This document shows positions 37,605-46,723 of a stretch of DNA of 64,000 bases, in pieces (within the stretch, counting starts at the first letter, position 1; the number at the start of each line of letters is the position of its first letter). This DNA comes from an uncultured Syntrophaceae bacterium (GTDB lineage Bacteria > Desulfobacterota > Syntrophia > Syntrophales > UBA2210). The notes under the pieces are model-generated. The model was not told the DNA's origin. It saw only the letters and a list, made by a program, of their open reading frames with translations, and ran no database searches. The position numbers and the translations under genes are program-made. The stretch covers positions 8,083-72,082 of the forward strand of contig CAZSYH010000003.1 of NCBI GenBank assembly GCA_964610735.1. The letters are read 5' to 3'.

Positions 37605-37892
37605 CTATTCTATGATTTTGGGAACACCGAAAAAGCCCATCTTCCCGTCCGGGGCGCCCTCAAGCGCAATCTCCGCCCCCAGGGATTCTTTCCCTGTATC
37701 ATCCCTGAACACATTGCCGAGAGAGATGGCATGTGTCATGGGCTGAATCCCCGCGGTATCCATGCCGTTCAATATGTCCATATACATCAGTATGCTGTTG
37801 AGCTGGGAGGTGAATTTTTCCTCTTCATCTTCACTGAAGTTCAGTCTGGCAAGGTGGGCGACATGCCTCACCTCTTCCTTCGTTATCTTCAC
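37605..37892 (-). CDS. gatC: Asp/Glu-tRNA amidotransferase subunit C
   Basis: (V)[22 protein letters not shown] is a typical GatC N-terminus. GTG 37892 has AGGAGG 9 nt upstream. The track start at ATG 37928 adds 12 non-conserved residues. Confidence 0.85.
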   Translation of the reverse strand: MKITKEEVRHVAHLARLNFSEDEEEKFTSQLNSILMYMDILNGMDTAGIQPMTHAISLGNVFRDDTGKESLGAEIALEGAPDGKMGFFGVPKIIE

Positions 37893-37936
37893 CGCTGTAT
37901 CCCTCCTGTCCGTGTGGAGACTAATCATGCTCTATT

Positions 37937-37952
37937 TCCGATAAGATCGGGA
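37937..37952. repeat. Degenerate copy of the 16-nt palindrome (TCCGATAAGATCGGGA)
   Basis: Lies 45 nt upstream of the gatC GTG. Related to 52212-52227 (TCCCGATAAATCGGGA). Confidence 0.5.
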
Positions 37953-38045
37953 TTCGTTTCCGCACAGACACTAATCCGCGGAAACTCGGCGGACTTTTAT
38001 CATATAACCATGTAAGTTGCAAACCATACCAGGCCTGATTTCAGA

Positions 38046-38074
38046 TTGACAAAGATTCAAACAATAATATATCA
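38046..38074 (+). promoter_or_regulatory. Sigma70-type promoter candidate for tatB-tatC
   Basis: TTGACA (38046-51), 16-18 nt spacer, TATATCAT (38068-75). Confidence 0.45.
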
Positions 38075-38106
38075 TAGTCCGAATTTCCTGGAATAATGGT
38101 GGGGTT

Positions 38107-38394
38107 ATGTTTGGCATTGGAATGCCGGAATTGATAGTTATACTTGTTGTCGCCCTGATTGTTATCGGGCCGAAAAAACTGCCCGATCTGGCAAAATCTC
38201 TCGGCAAAGGTCTTGCGGAGTTCCGCCATGCCACCGATGATGTAAAGGACAGCCTCAATGTGGACCAGATCAAGGATGATGTGGACGATTTCAAGGATTC
38301 TGTTCTCTATGGACGAAAGAAAGAAGAGGCTGAGGGCAACAAACGGAAGGCGGAGGAAGATACTGCGGAGACAGAAGATAAGAGCTCGGAATAA
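38107..38394 (+). CDS. tatB: Twin-arginine translocase TatA/TatB family protein (TatB-like)
   Basis: 95 aa. [30 protein letters not shown] (Glu8, GPxxLP) followed by a long acidic tail. Confidence 0.8.
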   Translation: MFGIGMPELIVILVVALIVIGPKKLPDLAKSLGKGLAEFRHATDDVKDSLNVDQIKDDVDDFKDSVLYGRKKEEAEGNKRKAEEDTAETEDKSSE

Positions 38395-38599
38395 TCCGCT
38401 GTAAATCCTATTTTCCCCTTTGCACCCATGAACTTGAGTGATCATCTTTCATTATCCCACAGCTCAGATGATTTTCCCGGGCAGAAAACGAAAGAACATT
38501 GAAGGCGCTGATAGGGTCTTTAAAAAGTAAACCCTTGAATCTTTTCTCCGGCTAAATTAGAGAAGGACCAGGCATAACAGCATAGTGTGAGCTCGCGTT

Positions 38600-39388
38600 A
38601 TGACAGATCAAACAAATGAAACAGATGAAAAGATGCCATTTACACTCCACCTGGAAGAATTGAAGTCCAGGCTGACGCGTGTGCTGATTGCGATTGGCGC
38701 CGGGTTCGTTGTATGCTATCTCTTCAAGGAAAAGCTGTTCTGGGCATTGACGCGTCCTCTCGCCGCCGTGCTTCCCGAAGGCAGTTCCATGATATTCACC
38801 AGTCTTCCCGAGGCATTCTTTACCTACCTCAAAGTATCCTTTCTGGCGTCTATTTTTCTTGTCAGTCCCTACATTCTCTACCAGATATGGAAATTTGTGT
38901 CACCGGGTCTTTATGAATCCGAAAAGAAACCGGTGGCACCCTTTGTCATCTTTTCCACCATATTCTTTTTGGGAGGGTCCCTTTTCGCGTATTACATTGT
39001 CTTCCCATTCGGTTTCAAATTCTTTGTCGGGTTCGGGAATGATTTTATACGCCCCATGCTTTCGCTGAAGGAGTACCTCTCCTTCTCCATGAAGCTCCTT
39101 ATCGCGTTTGGGGTCATCTTCGAGCTCCCCATCTTTATGTTCTTTCTGGCAAAGATAGGAATGATAAATTCAGAGATCCTGAAAAAAAAGAGAAAATACG
39201 CGATCCTCCTGGTGTTCGTTGTCGCCGCCATCTTTACTCCTCCGGATGTTGTGACGCAGGTGCTGATGGCCCTGCCGCTGATGCTCCTCTATGAAATCAG
39301 TCTCTGGGTGGTGAAGGCGGGGGAGAAGAAACGCGCCCCCAAGGAAGACGACGAAGAAAATGATACGGAAGCTGAGAAGAAGGAATGA
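38600..39388 (+). CDS. tatC: Twin-arginine translocase subunit TatC
   Basis: 262 aa, 6 TM. ...HLEELKSRL..., ...FTPPDVVTQ... Confidence 0.9.
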   Translation: MTDQTNETDEKMPFTLHLEELKSRLTRVLIAIGAGFVVCYLFKEKLFWALTRPLAAVLPEGSSMIFTSLPEAFFTYLKVSFLASIFLVSPYILYQIWKFVSPGLYESEKKPVAPFVIFSTIFFLGGSLFAYYIVFPFGFKFFVGFGNDFIRPMLSLKEYLSFSMKLLIAFGVIFELPIFMFFLAKIGMINSEILKKKRKYAILLVFVVAAIFTPPDVVTQVLMALPLMLLYEISLWVVKAGEKKRAPKEDDEENDTEAEKKE

Positions 39389-41772
39389 TGGATAATGAAG
39401 GGCAACAGGTGAATAGCACGGGGCAAAGAAGAAAAAAGAAGAGGTGGATGACAAGGAAGGTTCTTGTCTGGATCTCCCTGGCGATACTCCTGCCGATCCT
39501 GACAGGGGCGGGATTCATCTATTTTCTTGTGGGTGGACTGCCCAGCATCTCATCGCTGAAGGACTACAGACCCAGCATCATCACCCGGGTATACGCGGAT
39601 AATGACCAGCTTATTGACGAGTTCTATCTTGAAGACCGAAAGGTAGTCCGGATTACCAATCTGCCGAGATTTGTCATACAGTCATTTGTGGCGACCGAGG
39701 ACGCCCGTTTTTTCCATCACAAGGGGATAGATTTCCCGAGCATTATCAGAGCCTTTTTTAAGAATATGGAGGCGGGGTCAATCGTTCAGGGGGGGAGTAC
39801 CATAACCCAGCAGGTGGCCAAGGGCCTCTTCCTGTCTCCCGAGAAGAAGTACATCAGAAAACTGAAGGAGGCCATTCTGGCCTACAAGATAGACCGGTAT
39901 CTGAAAAAATATGAGATCCTCAACCTCTATCTGAACCATATATATCTGGGACATGGGACGTACGGCATTGAGGCAGCGTCGCAACAGTATTTCGGAAAGC
40001 CCGCCGAGCAGCTTACCCTGCCGGAAGCCGCCCTCCTCGCGGGGCTTCCCAAAGCCCCCAGCCGGTATTCCCCTTCCCTCCACCCCGACCGTGCCCGTCA
40101 GCGACAGATCTACGTCCTGGAGAGGATGGCGGAGGATGGGTACATAACGGAGGAGGAAAAGACGACCGCTCTCGCCGTCCCGATACAATTGAAGCAGGCT
40201 GAAGACAAAGAGAAGATAGCGCCTTACTTTACCGAGAATGTCCGCCGGTATATTCAGGCCAAGTATGGCAGTGATGTCCTCTACAGCGAAGGGCTTGAGG
40301 TATACACCACGCTGAATATGGTCTCTCAGGCGGCGGCCCGTGATGCCGTGGCGCGGGGGCTCAGGGAGCTGGACAAGCGGGAGGGGTATAGGGGGCCCCT
40401 GAAAAGGGTGCCGGAAGAGGAGATAGACCCCTTCGTGAGAGATATGCAAATCGGCATGGATGAGCCGCTGGAGGGCCGCATCATACAGGCTGTCGTGACG
40501 GATGTGGACAACGGGAAAAAGATAGTGAGATTGCGCGTGGGCGCTCATGAAGGCATCATGACGCTGGAGGAGATGTCATGGGCGCGGGTCCCCGATCCGG
40601 AGGTGGCCTCCGGGGCGGTCAAGGTGAGGGACCCGGCGGATGTGCTTAGACGGGGCGATGTCGTGGAGGCGCGGGTTCTGAGTGTTGCGGAGGGCAAACT
40701 GGAACTGGCCCTGGAGCAGGAGCCCCAGGTACAGGGCGCCCTTCTCGCCATGGACACCAATACGGGAGCGATAAAGGCGATGGTCGGGGGCAGGAGCTAC
40801 AGGAAGAGCGAGTTCAACCGTGCCACACAGGCAAAGAGACAGCCCGGGTCCGCCTTCAAGCCCTTTATATTTACCGCGGCCTTCGACAAGGGGCTGACCC
40901 CCGCGACCATCATTATGGACAGCCCCGTCATCTACCGCGACACCCTGAAGGACAGCCTGTGGAAGCCACAGAACTTCTCGGAGAAGTTTTACGGTCCCAC
41001 GACCCTCAGGACCGCCCTTATACAATCGAGAAATCTGGTGACCATAAAGCTCTTAAAAGAGATAGGGATCGATTATGCCGCCGATTACGCCGTCAATATG
41101 GGGATAACCACCCCCCTCACAAGGGATCTTTCCATGGCCCTCGGTACATCCGGGGTCACCCTGCAGGAAATGGTGCGGGGCTTTGGAATCTTCGCCAATG
41201 GCGGCAAGAGGGCACAACCCTTCTTTATAAAAAAGATCCTCGATCGGACCGGCAACATCGTGGAGGAAAACGGGCCGAAGGTGGAGCAGGTGATCGACCC
41301 CGGGATCGCCTACATAACATCCCACCTCCTCCAGGAGGTCGTCAAGGGGGGCACCGGGTGGCGGGTCAGGGTTCTGGGCCGGCCGGTGGCGGGGAAAACG
41401 GGCACGACCAACGATCTCAAGGACGCGTGGTTCATGGGGTTTACCCCCTCGCTTGTTGCGGGTGTGTGGGTCGGGTTTGACGACCTGAAGCCGCTGGGTA
41501 AATATGAAACCGGTTCACGTGCCGCCAGCCCTATCTTCCTGTATTTTATGGAAAAGGAGCTTGAAGGCACTCCGGTTGAATCCTTCTCACCTCCCGAGGG
41601 AGTCGTATTTGCCAAAATAGATCCCGAGACGGGGGCGCTGGCTGGTCCCGACTCCGAAAAATACATATTTGAATGTTTTCTGGAGGGAACGGAGCCTACC
41701 AAGACTGTACCCGAAAATGATGACAGCAAAGACAAAGGATTCTTCAGATATGATCTTGACTCGGGAAATTAA
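39385..41772 (+). CDS. mrcA: Penicillin-binding protein 1A (transglycosylase/transpeptidase)
   Basis: 795 aa. GT51 motifs ...ATEDARFFHHKGID..., ...GGSTITQQVAK...; transpeptidase ...SAFKPF..., ...KTGTTND... Confidence 0.9.
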   Translation: MMDNEGQQVNSTGQRRKKKRWMTRKVLVWISLAILLPILTGAGFIYFLVGGLPSISSLKDYRPSIITRVYADNDQLIDEFYLEDRKVVRITNLPRFVIQSFVATEDARFFHHKGIDFPSIIRAFFKNMEAGSIVQGGSTITQQVAKGLFLSPEKKYIRKLKEAILAYKIDRYLKKYEILNLYLNHIYLGHGTYGIEAASQQYFGKPAEQLTLPEAALLAGLPKAPSRYSPSLHPDRARQRQIYVLERMAEDGYITEEEKTTALAVPIQLKQAEDKEKIAPYFTENVRRYIQAKYGSDVLYSEGLEVYTTLNMVSQAAARDAVARGLRELDKREGYRGPLKRVPEEEIDPFVRDMQIGMDEPLEGRIIQAVVTDVDNGKKIVRLRVGAHEGIMTLEEMSWARVPDPEVASGAVKVRDPADVLRRGDVVEARVLSVAEGKLELALEQEPQVQGALLAMDTNTGAIKAMVGGRSYRKSEFNRATQAKRQPGSAFKPFIFTAAFDKGLTPATIIMDSPVIYRDTLKDSLWKPQNFSEKFYGPTTLRTALIQSRNLVTIKLLKEIGIDYAADYAVNMGITTPLTRDLSMALGTSGVTLQEMVRGFGIFANGGKRAQPFFIKKILDRTGNIVEENGPKVEQVIDPGIAYITSHLLQEVVKGGTGWRVRVLGRPVAGKTGTTNDLKDAWFMGFTPSLVAGVWVGFDDLKPLGKYETGSRAASPIFLYFMEKELEGTPVESFSPPEGVVFAKIDPETGALAGPDSEKYIFECFLEGTEPTKTVPENDDSKDKGFFRYDLDSGN

Positions 41773-41868
41773 CGGTTGAAAGAATTCTTTTTTATGGCTG
41801 AAAATTCTCTTGACAAAAGAATTTTTTCATATAGGGTTGGGCCTAATTTCGTTTGAGGAGAACAGTCA

Positions 41869-41952
41869 GTGATACGTCCATTTGAGAAAGCGGTTACAGT
41901 TTTGGTAAGCGTACTCGTACTCGTAGTAGTACTTACGGGGACCGCTGCTTGA
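41869..41952 (+). CDS. ilvBN leader peptide (27 aa, Val/Leu-rich)
   Basis: SD GAGGAG (41855-60), 8 nt, then GTG 41869. Encodes MIRPFEKAVTVLVSVLVLVVVLTGTAA with TGA at 41950-52. Below the 60-aa cutoff of the ORF track. Confidence 0.55.
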   Translation: MIRPFEKAVTVLVSVLVLVVVLTGTAA

Positions 41953-41976
41953 TCCGGATGGACTAAAAAAGAAATC

Positions 41977-42008
41977 AAGCCGCGGACCCCGAGGTCCGCG
42001 GCTTTTTT
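41977..42008 (+). terminator. Attenuator terminator upstream of ilvB
   Basis: 12-bp perfect stem AAGCCGCGGACC (41977-88) / GGTCCGCGGCTT (41993-42004), loop CCGA, T-run to 42008. Confidence 0.7.
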
Positions 42009-42018
42009 GTGGAAAAAG

Positions 42019-42051
42019 CCGCGGCTCGCTTAAAGAGTCTGCGGTTTTTTT
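42019..42051 (+). terminator. Second, weaker hairpin plus T7 in the ilvB leader
   Basis: CCGCGGCTC (42019-27) pairs with GAGTCTGCGG (42035-44) with one G.U and one bulge, followed by TTTTTTT (42045-51). Confidence 0.4.
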
Positions 42052-42119
42052 ATTTACCTGTTCCCACACAAACCGTAAGAACCGGTTTTATAATAAAAAC
42101 ATTACCAGGAAGGGGAGAG

Positions 42120-43793
42120 ATGGAAAAAACGGGAGCTGAAATACTGCTGCAGACATTGAGAGAAGAGGGGGTGGATGTTATCTTCGGATATCCGGGGGCG
42201 AACAGCCTGCCCATTCACGACAGTCTGAATAAAAGTCCGATAAGACATTATCTTGTAAGACATGAACAGGCGGCCGCTCATGCCGCGGATGGCTATGCCA
42301 GGGCAACCGGTACGGTCGGTGTATGTATGGGCACTTCGGGCCCAGGCGCCACCAACCTGGTAACCGGTATAGCGACGGCATACATGGATTCAACTCCCAT
42401 GGTTGTCCTCACAGGGCAGGTAACGACAGAGCTTCTGGGAAGCGACGCGTTTCAGGAAACGGATATAATAGGGATTACCCTGCCCATCACAAAACACAGC
42501 TACCTGGTAAATGATCCGGGCGAGATAGAATCCACTGTAAAACAGGCATTTGAGATTGCGAGGAGCGGCCGGCCGGGGCCTGTCCTTATAGACCTTCCGA
42601 GAAACGTAATGGCTGCAAAGTGTGACCAAAACGGAGTGAAAAATATTGCGATACCTAAAAAAAGGCATGCGGGGAACAAAAAAGATGGCGAAGAACTGCA
42701 GCGGATCGCCACCTATATGAATAGGTCTGAAAGGCCGGTTATCCTCATCGGTGGAGGCGTGAAACTCTCCCAGGCATGTGAGGAACTTGCCGGATTGATT
42801 GAAAAGGGAAACATCCCATTTGTTTCCACAATGATGGGCATTGGTTCGGTATACACTTCAAATGGGTTCAATCTGGGCTTCATAGGCACGCATGGAAATG
42901 AACTGGCCAACCGTATTGTGCACGATGCAGATTTTATCCTGACGATGGGGGCCCGTTTCAGTGATCGCAGTACGTCGATCGTGAAAGAATTTGCCCCGCT
43001 TGCCACTATTGCCCAGATAGATATAGATCCATCCTCCATCGGCAAGGTCATAACGGCTGATATATCCCTGGTGTGTGATATCCGCGAAGCCCTTACGAAG
43101 TTGACTCCACTCGTGGAAAGAAAAGATAGGAGCGGGTGGTTGAACAGGATAGAGAAAGAAAGGAATGCCCTGGGGAAGGACAGGTCAATGAAAGAATGTG
43201 GACCGGCCGGGGCCTTTATCAGAGATGTCCAGACGGCCATGCCGGAGAAAACTATAGCTGTTACGGATGTGGGGTTGAACCAGATATGGACTGTCCGATC
43301 GTGGGAAACAAAGACACCCCGCGGCATGATTACGCCGGGTGGATTGGGTACGATGGGATTCGGCCTCCCCGCGTCGATCGGTGTGAAGGTCGGAGTGCCG
43401 GATCACGGTGTTGTAGTCTTTACAGGAGACGGTGGATTTTTTATGAACATACAGGAATTGGCGACGATCAGTTATTATAACCTGCCTGTCAAGATAGTAG
43501 TCTTCAACAACGGCCATCTCGGTATGATACGTCAGATACAGGACCTGTTCTATGGCGGGCGCTTCAATGATATAGAGCTGGGCAACAAGGTTGATATAGT
43601 TGCTGTAGCTAGGGGCTTCGGTATCCAGGCCGACAAGGTCTCTGTTGAGAATTCCGGGTCAGGCATAGAAAAGATGTGCTCCGCCGATGGGCCTTTCCTG
43701 CTGGAGGTGATCGTTGATCCCGATACGTATGTCTTTCCTATCATACCGCCTGGGATGTCGAACATAGATATGATAGGTGGCAGGCAGGGGTAA
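42120..43793 (+). CDS. ilvB: Acetolactate synthase, large subunit
   Basis: Trimmed to ATG 42120 (SD GGGGAGAG). MEKTGAEILLQTLREEGVDVIFGYPGA..., ThDP motif ...GLGTMGFGLPASIG...FTGDGGFFMN... Confidence 0.9.
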   Translation: MEKTGAEILLQTLREEGVDVIFGYPGANSLPIHDSLNKSPIRHYLVRHEQAAAHAADGYARATGTVGVCMGTSGPGATNLVTGIATAYMDSTPMVVLTGQVTTELLGSDAFQETDIIGITLPITKHSYLVNDPGEIESTVKQAFEIARSGRPGPVLIDLPRNVMAAKCDQNGVKNIAIPKKRHAGNKKDGEELQRIATYMNRSERPVILIGGGVKLSQACEELAGLIEKGNIPFVSTMMGIGSVYTSNGFNLGFIGTHGNELANRIVHDADFILTMGARFSDRSTSIVKEFAPLATIAQIDIDPSSIGKVITADISLVCDIREALTKLTPLVERKDRSGWLNRIEKERNALGKDRSMKECGPAGAFIRDVQTAMPEKTIAVTDVGLNQIWTVRSWETKTPRGMITPGGLGTMGFGLPASIGVKVGVPDHGVVVFTGDGGFFMNIQELATISYYNLPVKIVVFNNGHLGMIRQIQDLFYGGRFNDIELGNKVDIVAVARGFGIQADKVSVENSGSGIEKMCSADGPFLLEVIVDPDTYVFPIIPPGMSNIDMIGGRQG

Positions 43794-43898
43794 GTTGTCG
43801 GGGGGTAGAAAATTGTATCCCTCGGCGCAATTATTGATTTTAGAAATCCTGTTAGTCCTGTCAAACTTTTTGAATATTGATACGAAAGGATAGTAACA

Positions 43899-44393
43899 AT
43901 GGAAATGAGAGAACATATAATAGCGATACTGGTTAGCAACAAACCAGGCGTGTTGTCCCGGGTTACCGGGGTGTTTGGAAGGCTTGGTTATAATATAGAG
44001 AGTCTCTGCGTGGCGGAGACAATTTCTCCTGAAGTTTCAAGAATAACGTCTATCACCAACGCGAACTCGGACTTTATCGAAAAGGTAAAGAAGCAGTTAA
44101 CCCGGCTGGTCGATGTCCTGGATGTCACCGAACTTATCCCGGGACAGTCCGCGCAGAGGGAAATGATACTTATCGGAATCGACCTGGATCAAAAAGACAG
44201 GACTGAGATAGTGAGATCTATTGGAATGTTTGACTGCAAAATTATTTCCATGCGTAGTGATTATTGTATTATCCAGGTTGCGGGAAGCAGGGAAGAGGTG
44301 GAAACCGTCATCAACTTTCTCAGGCCTTTCGGTATTGATAAGATTGCAAGAACCGGTGTGCTTGCCTTACGGCATAAAGACAGTAGCTCTTGA
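43899..44393 (+). CDS. ilvN: Acetolactate synthase, small (regulatory, ACT-domain) subunit
   Basis: 164 aa. ...HIIAILVSNKPGVLSRVTGVFGRLGYNIESL... Confidence 0.9.
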   Translation: MEMREHIIAILVSNKPGVLSRVTGVFGRLGYNIESLCVAETISPEVSRITSITNANSDFIEKVKKQLTRLVDVLDVTELIPGQSAQREMILIGIDLDQKDRTEIVRSIGMFDCKIISMRSDYCIIQVAGSREEVETVINFLRPFGIDKIARTGVLALRHKDSSS

Positions 44394-44631
44394 TCAGCAG
44401 GTTGTCTGAGAACCCGGGCCTGTTACTGGCAGCAGCGAATCCCCCATGCCGTGTCAGCCAGGCCGGAATCTTATCGCCGCCAGGGCCTTTTTCGATAAAG
44501 CCGGGATCCAGATCAGATGACACGATACTTGCAATTCCATATCATCTGGTTTAGTCTTGCCGCCGATTATTACCTGCTCAGTGGTAAAACATCATCATCC
44601 TGTAAAAGCGGCAAAGAAAGCTTCCCCAAAG

Positions 44632-45342
44632 ATGCGAATTGACAAATCACCGGCAATCATAAGTTCCATGTTCGACAGAATCGCCCCTACCTACGACCTG
44701 CTCAATGCCGCCCTTTCATGTTCAATGGATAGCCGCTGGAGAAAAACCGTCATATCGTCCCTTGATATCAAGGATGGTGACACGTTGCTTGATATCGCAA
44801 CCGGTACCGGGGATATGGCGTTTCGTGCTTGCAGGACTACCGGATGCACGGTCACCGGCATGGATATATCCCGCAGGATGCTGGAGATTGCCGCACGAAA
44901 AAACAGGGAGTTTCGCGAGCGCTTCCATATCGCTGTGGGGGATGCCATCGCCATGCCCTTCTCAAACGAAACCTTCGATCACGCAATGACAGCCTTCGGG
45001 ATAAGAAACATGCCAGACCTCCCCGCCTTCCTGGACGAGGCTTTCAGGGTACTGAAAGATGGCGGAAAGCTCGCGGTGCTTGAGCTCTCGGTCCCTTCTC
45101 ATCTCCCCTGGAGGTGGGTGTATCTTGCCTATTTCAAGACTATACTCCCTGTTATCGGTGGACTCGTATCGGGGGACTTTCAGGCCTACAGGTATCTGCG
45201 AGATTCTGTGATGGGATTTCCCCCTCCCGGCGAGCTTGAACGCCTGATGAATAAGGGTGGATTCGAAATCATACAATCACTTCCCCTGTTCCTCGAAATC
45301 GCTCACATCTATCTCCTAAAGAAAGTGGCTGCTGAGGTATGA
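44632..45342 (+). CDS. ubiE: Demethylmenaquinone/ubiquinone C-methyltransferase
   Basis: ...MFDRIAPTYDLLNAALS...WRK..., SAM motif ...LLDIATGTGD... ATG 44632; the track ORF starts at an upstream TTG. Confidence 0.85.
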   Translation: MRIDKSPAIISSMFDRIAPTYDLLNAALSCSMDSRWRKTVISSLDIKDGDTLLDIATGTGDMAFRACRTTGCTVTGMDISRRMLEIAARKNREFRERFHIAVGDAIAMPFSNETFDHAMTAFGIRNMPDLPAFLDEAFRVLKDGGKLAVLELSVPSHLPWRWVYLAYFKTILPVIGGLVSGDFQAYRYLRDSVMGFPPPGELERLMNKGGFEIIQSLPLFLEIAHIYLLKKVAAEV

Positions 45343-45349
45343 ACGCCGT

Positions 45350-46723
45350 TTAATTAAATATATCCGGATCAGGATCTTTGAAGAATGCCTCGTGCAGCCT
45401 GGCGATGACCGAAGGAATGTCGGATTCATCAACAACAAAGGTAAGACTGATCGGTGACGCGCCATGCGCGACCATGTCAATATTGACACCATCTAGATTT
45501 CGAAACACGACTGGCGCAAAATCGCGGGTGGTGCGGATATTTTCACCAACCAGAGAAATGGTGGCCTTTTCTCTGACAATATTCATTGTTCCAAGGCGTG
45601 TCAGTTCATCTATAGCGTGCGCCATGTTCTCTGAAGCGTTGACCGCCATCGCAATATTCGTCCCGGCAGTCGTCACGATACAGGGTATGACTCTCTCCCT
45701 GTCGAGGATATCGAAAACCGATTTCAGAAAACCGGCTGGATCAACATAATGGTCCGAAACGATATTCATGATACATACAGGCTTGTTATACGCGATGGAC
45801 TTGACGAGACTTGTTCCCCTCTTCGCGCGCGCCGTTATTGTTGTACCCCTGGCATCCGGCTGTCTGGAGTTGTAGATGTTAACCGGGATATTCTTCCGGC
45901 GCGCCGGTTCAATAGTGCCCGGGTGCAGGACCTTCGCTCCGGAAAAGGTAAGCTCAGACGCCTCCTCAAAAGAGATATTTCTGACGGTGCGTGCCCCCGC
46001 GAAGATGCGTGGATCGGCTGTCATAATACCATTGACATCTTTCCATATCTCTATGTTAGAAACATCAAGCGCGGCGCCTGCAAGCGCGGCGGTAAAATCA
46101 GACCCCTCAAATCCCAGAGTGGTGGTGGCCCCGCCACGGGTGGAACCGATAAATCCCTGTATAACGGGGACATGGCCGGATTCCACCAGAGGGCGCACTT
46201 CCTCCTGAATGCCGCGGAATGTAAATTCATCTATGGGCCTGGCCCTGGTAAACCTTTCATCCGTAATAATAAAATCTCGAGCATCCAGCCATCGAGCATT
46301 GATACCACGCCCCCGAAGAGCAGACGCGATTATAGTGGTAGCTACCAGTTCGCCATATGAAAGAATTCTGTCCTGACTGCGTGGCGTAAGCTCCTGCAGT
46401 ATGGACAAGCCTTCCAGCAATCTCTGAAGTTCCTCAAAATATTGCTCAAGGGTTGTCCGGGCGTCGCTGTCTTCAAAATCGGGTATGAGACCCCTTGCCA
46501 TATCAAGATGGTATTCGTGGATCTCACCCAAGCGCAGAAGGGCCTTTTTGTCCATCCCATCCGCCGATAATCTCGCAATCTCCAGCAGTTTTCGCGTTGT
46601 CTTGCCCATGGCGGAATTGACCACCACCGGATGTTGCTCAATCCTGGAATCTATGATTCCTATAACCCTCTCAACAGAAGGTATGTTCTCAATCGAGGTG
46701 CCCCCAAATTTCATCACAATCAT
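45350..46723 (-). CDS. ask: Aspartate kinase
   Basis: 457 aa. MIVMKFGGTSI..., ...TTLGFEGSDFTAA..., C-terminal ACT-like repeats. Confidence 0.85.
   Translation of the reverse strand: MIVMKFGGTSIENIPSVERVIGIIDSRIEQHPVVVNSAMGKTTRKLLEIARLSADGMDKKALLRLGEIHEYHLDMARGLIPDFEDSDARTTLEQYFEELQRLLEGLSILQELTPRSQDRILSYGELVATTIIASALRGRGINARWLDARDFIITDERFTRARPIDEFTFRGIQEEVRPLVESGHVPVIQGFIGSTRGGATTTLGFEGSDFTAALAGAALDVSNIEIWKDVNGIMTADPRIFAGARTVRNISFEEASELTFSGAKVLHPGTIEPARRKNIPVNIYNSRQPDARGTTITARAKRGTSLVKSIAYNKPVCIMNIVSDHYVDPAGFLKSVFDILDRERVIPCIVTTAGTNIAMAVNASENMAHAIDELTRLGTMNIVREKATISLVGENIRTTRDFAPVVFRNLDGVNIDMVAHGASPISLTFVVDESDIPSVIARLHEAFFKDPDPDIFN

Noticed and set aside
39778-41735. Several 60-256-aa ORFs on both strands inside the PBP1A gene
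   Set aside because: They are shadow or off-frame ORFs within a gene carrying clear GT51 and transpeptidase motifs.
41769-42069. Two minus-strand ORFs (69 and 67 aa) in the PBP1A/ilvB spacer
   Set aside because: They overlap the leader ORF and terminator hairpins on the opposite strand. Their sequences are translations of the hairpin arms.
45342-45350. Convergent ubiE and aspartokinase genes separated by only 7 nt, with no terminator
   Set aside because: It is real but not remarkable. Tight convergent stops are common in compact genomes, and no structure is visible to interpret.
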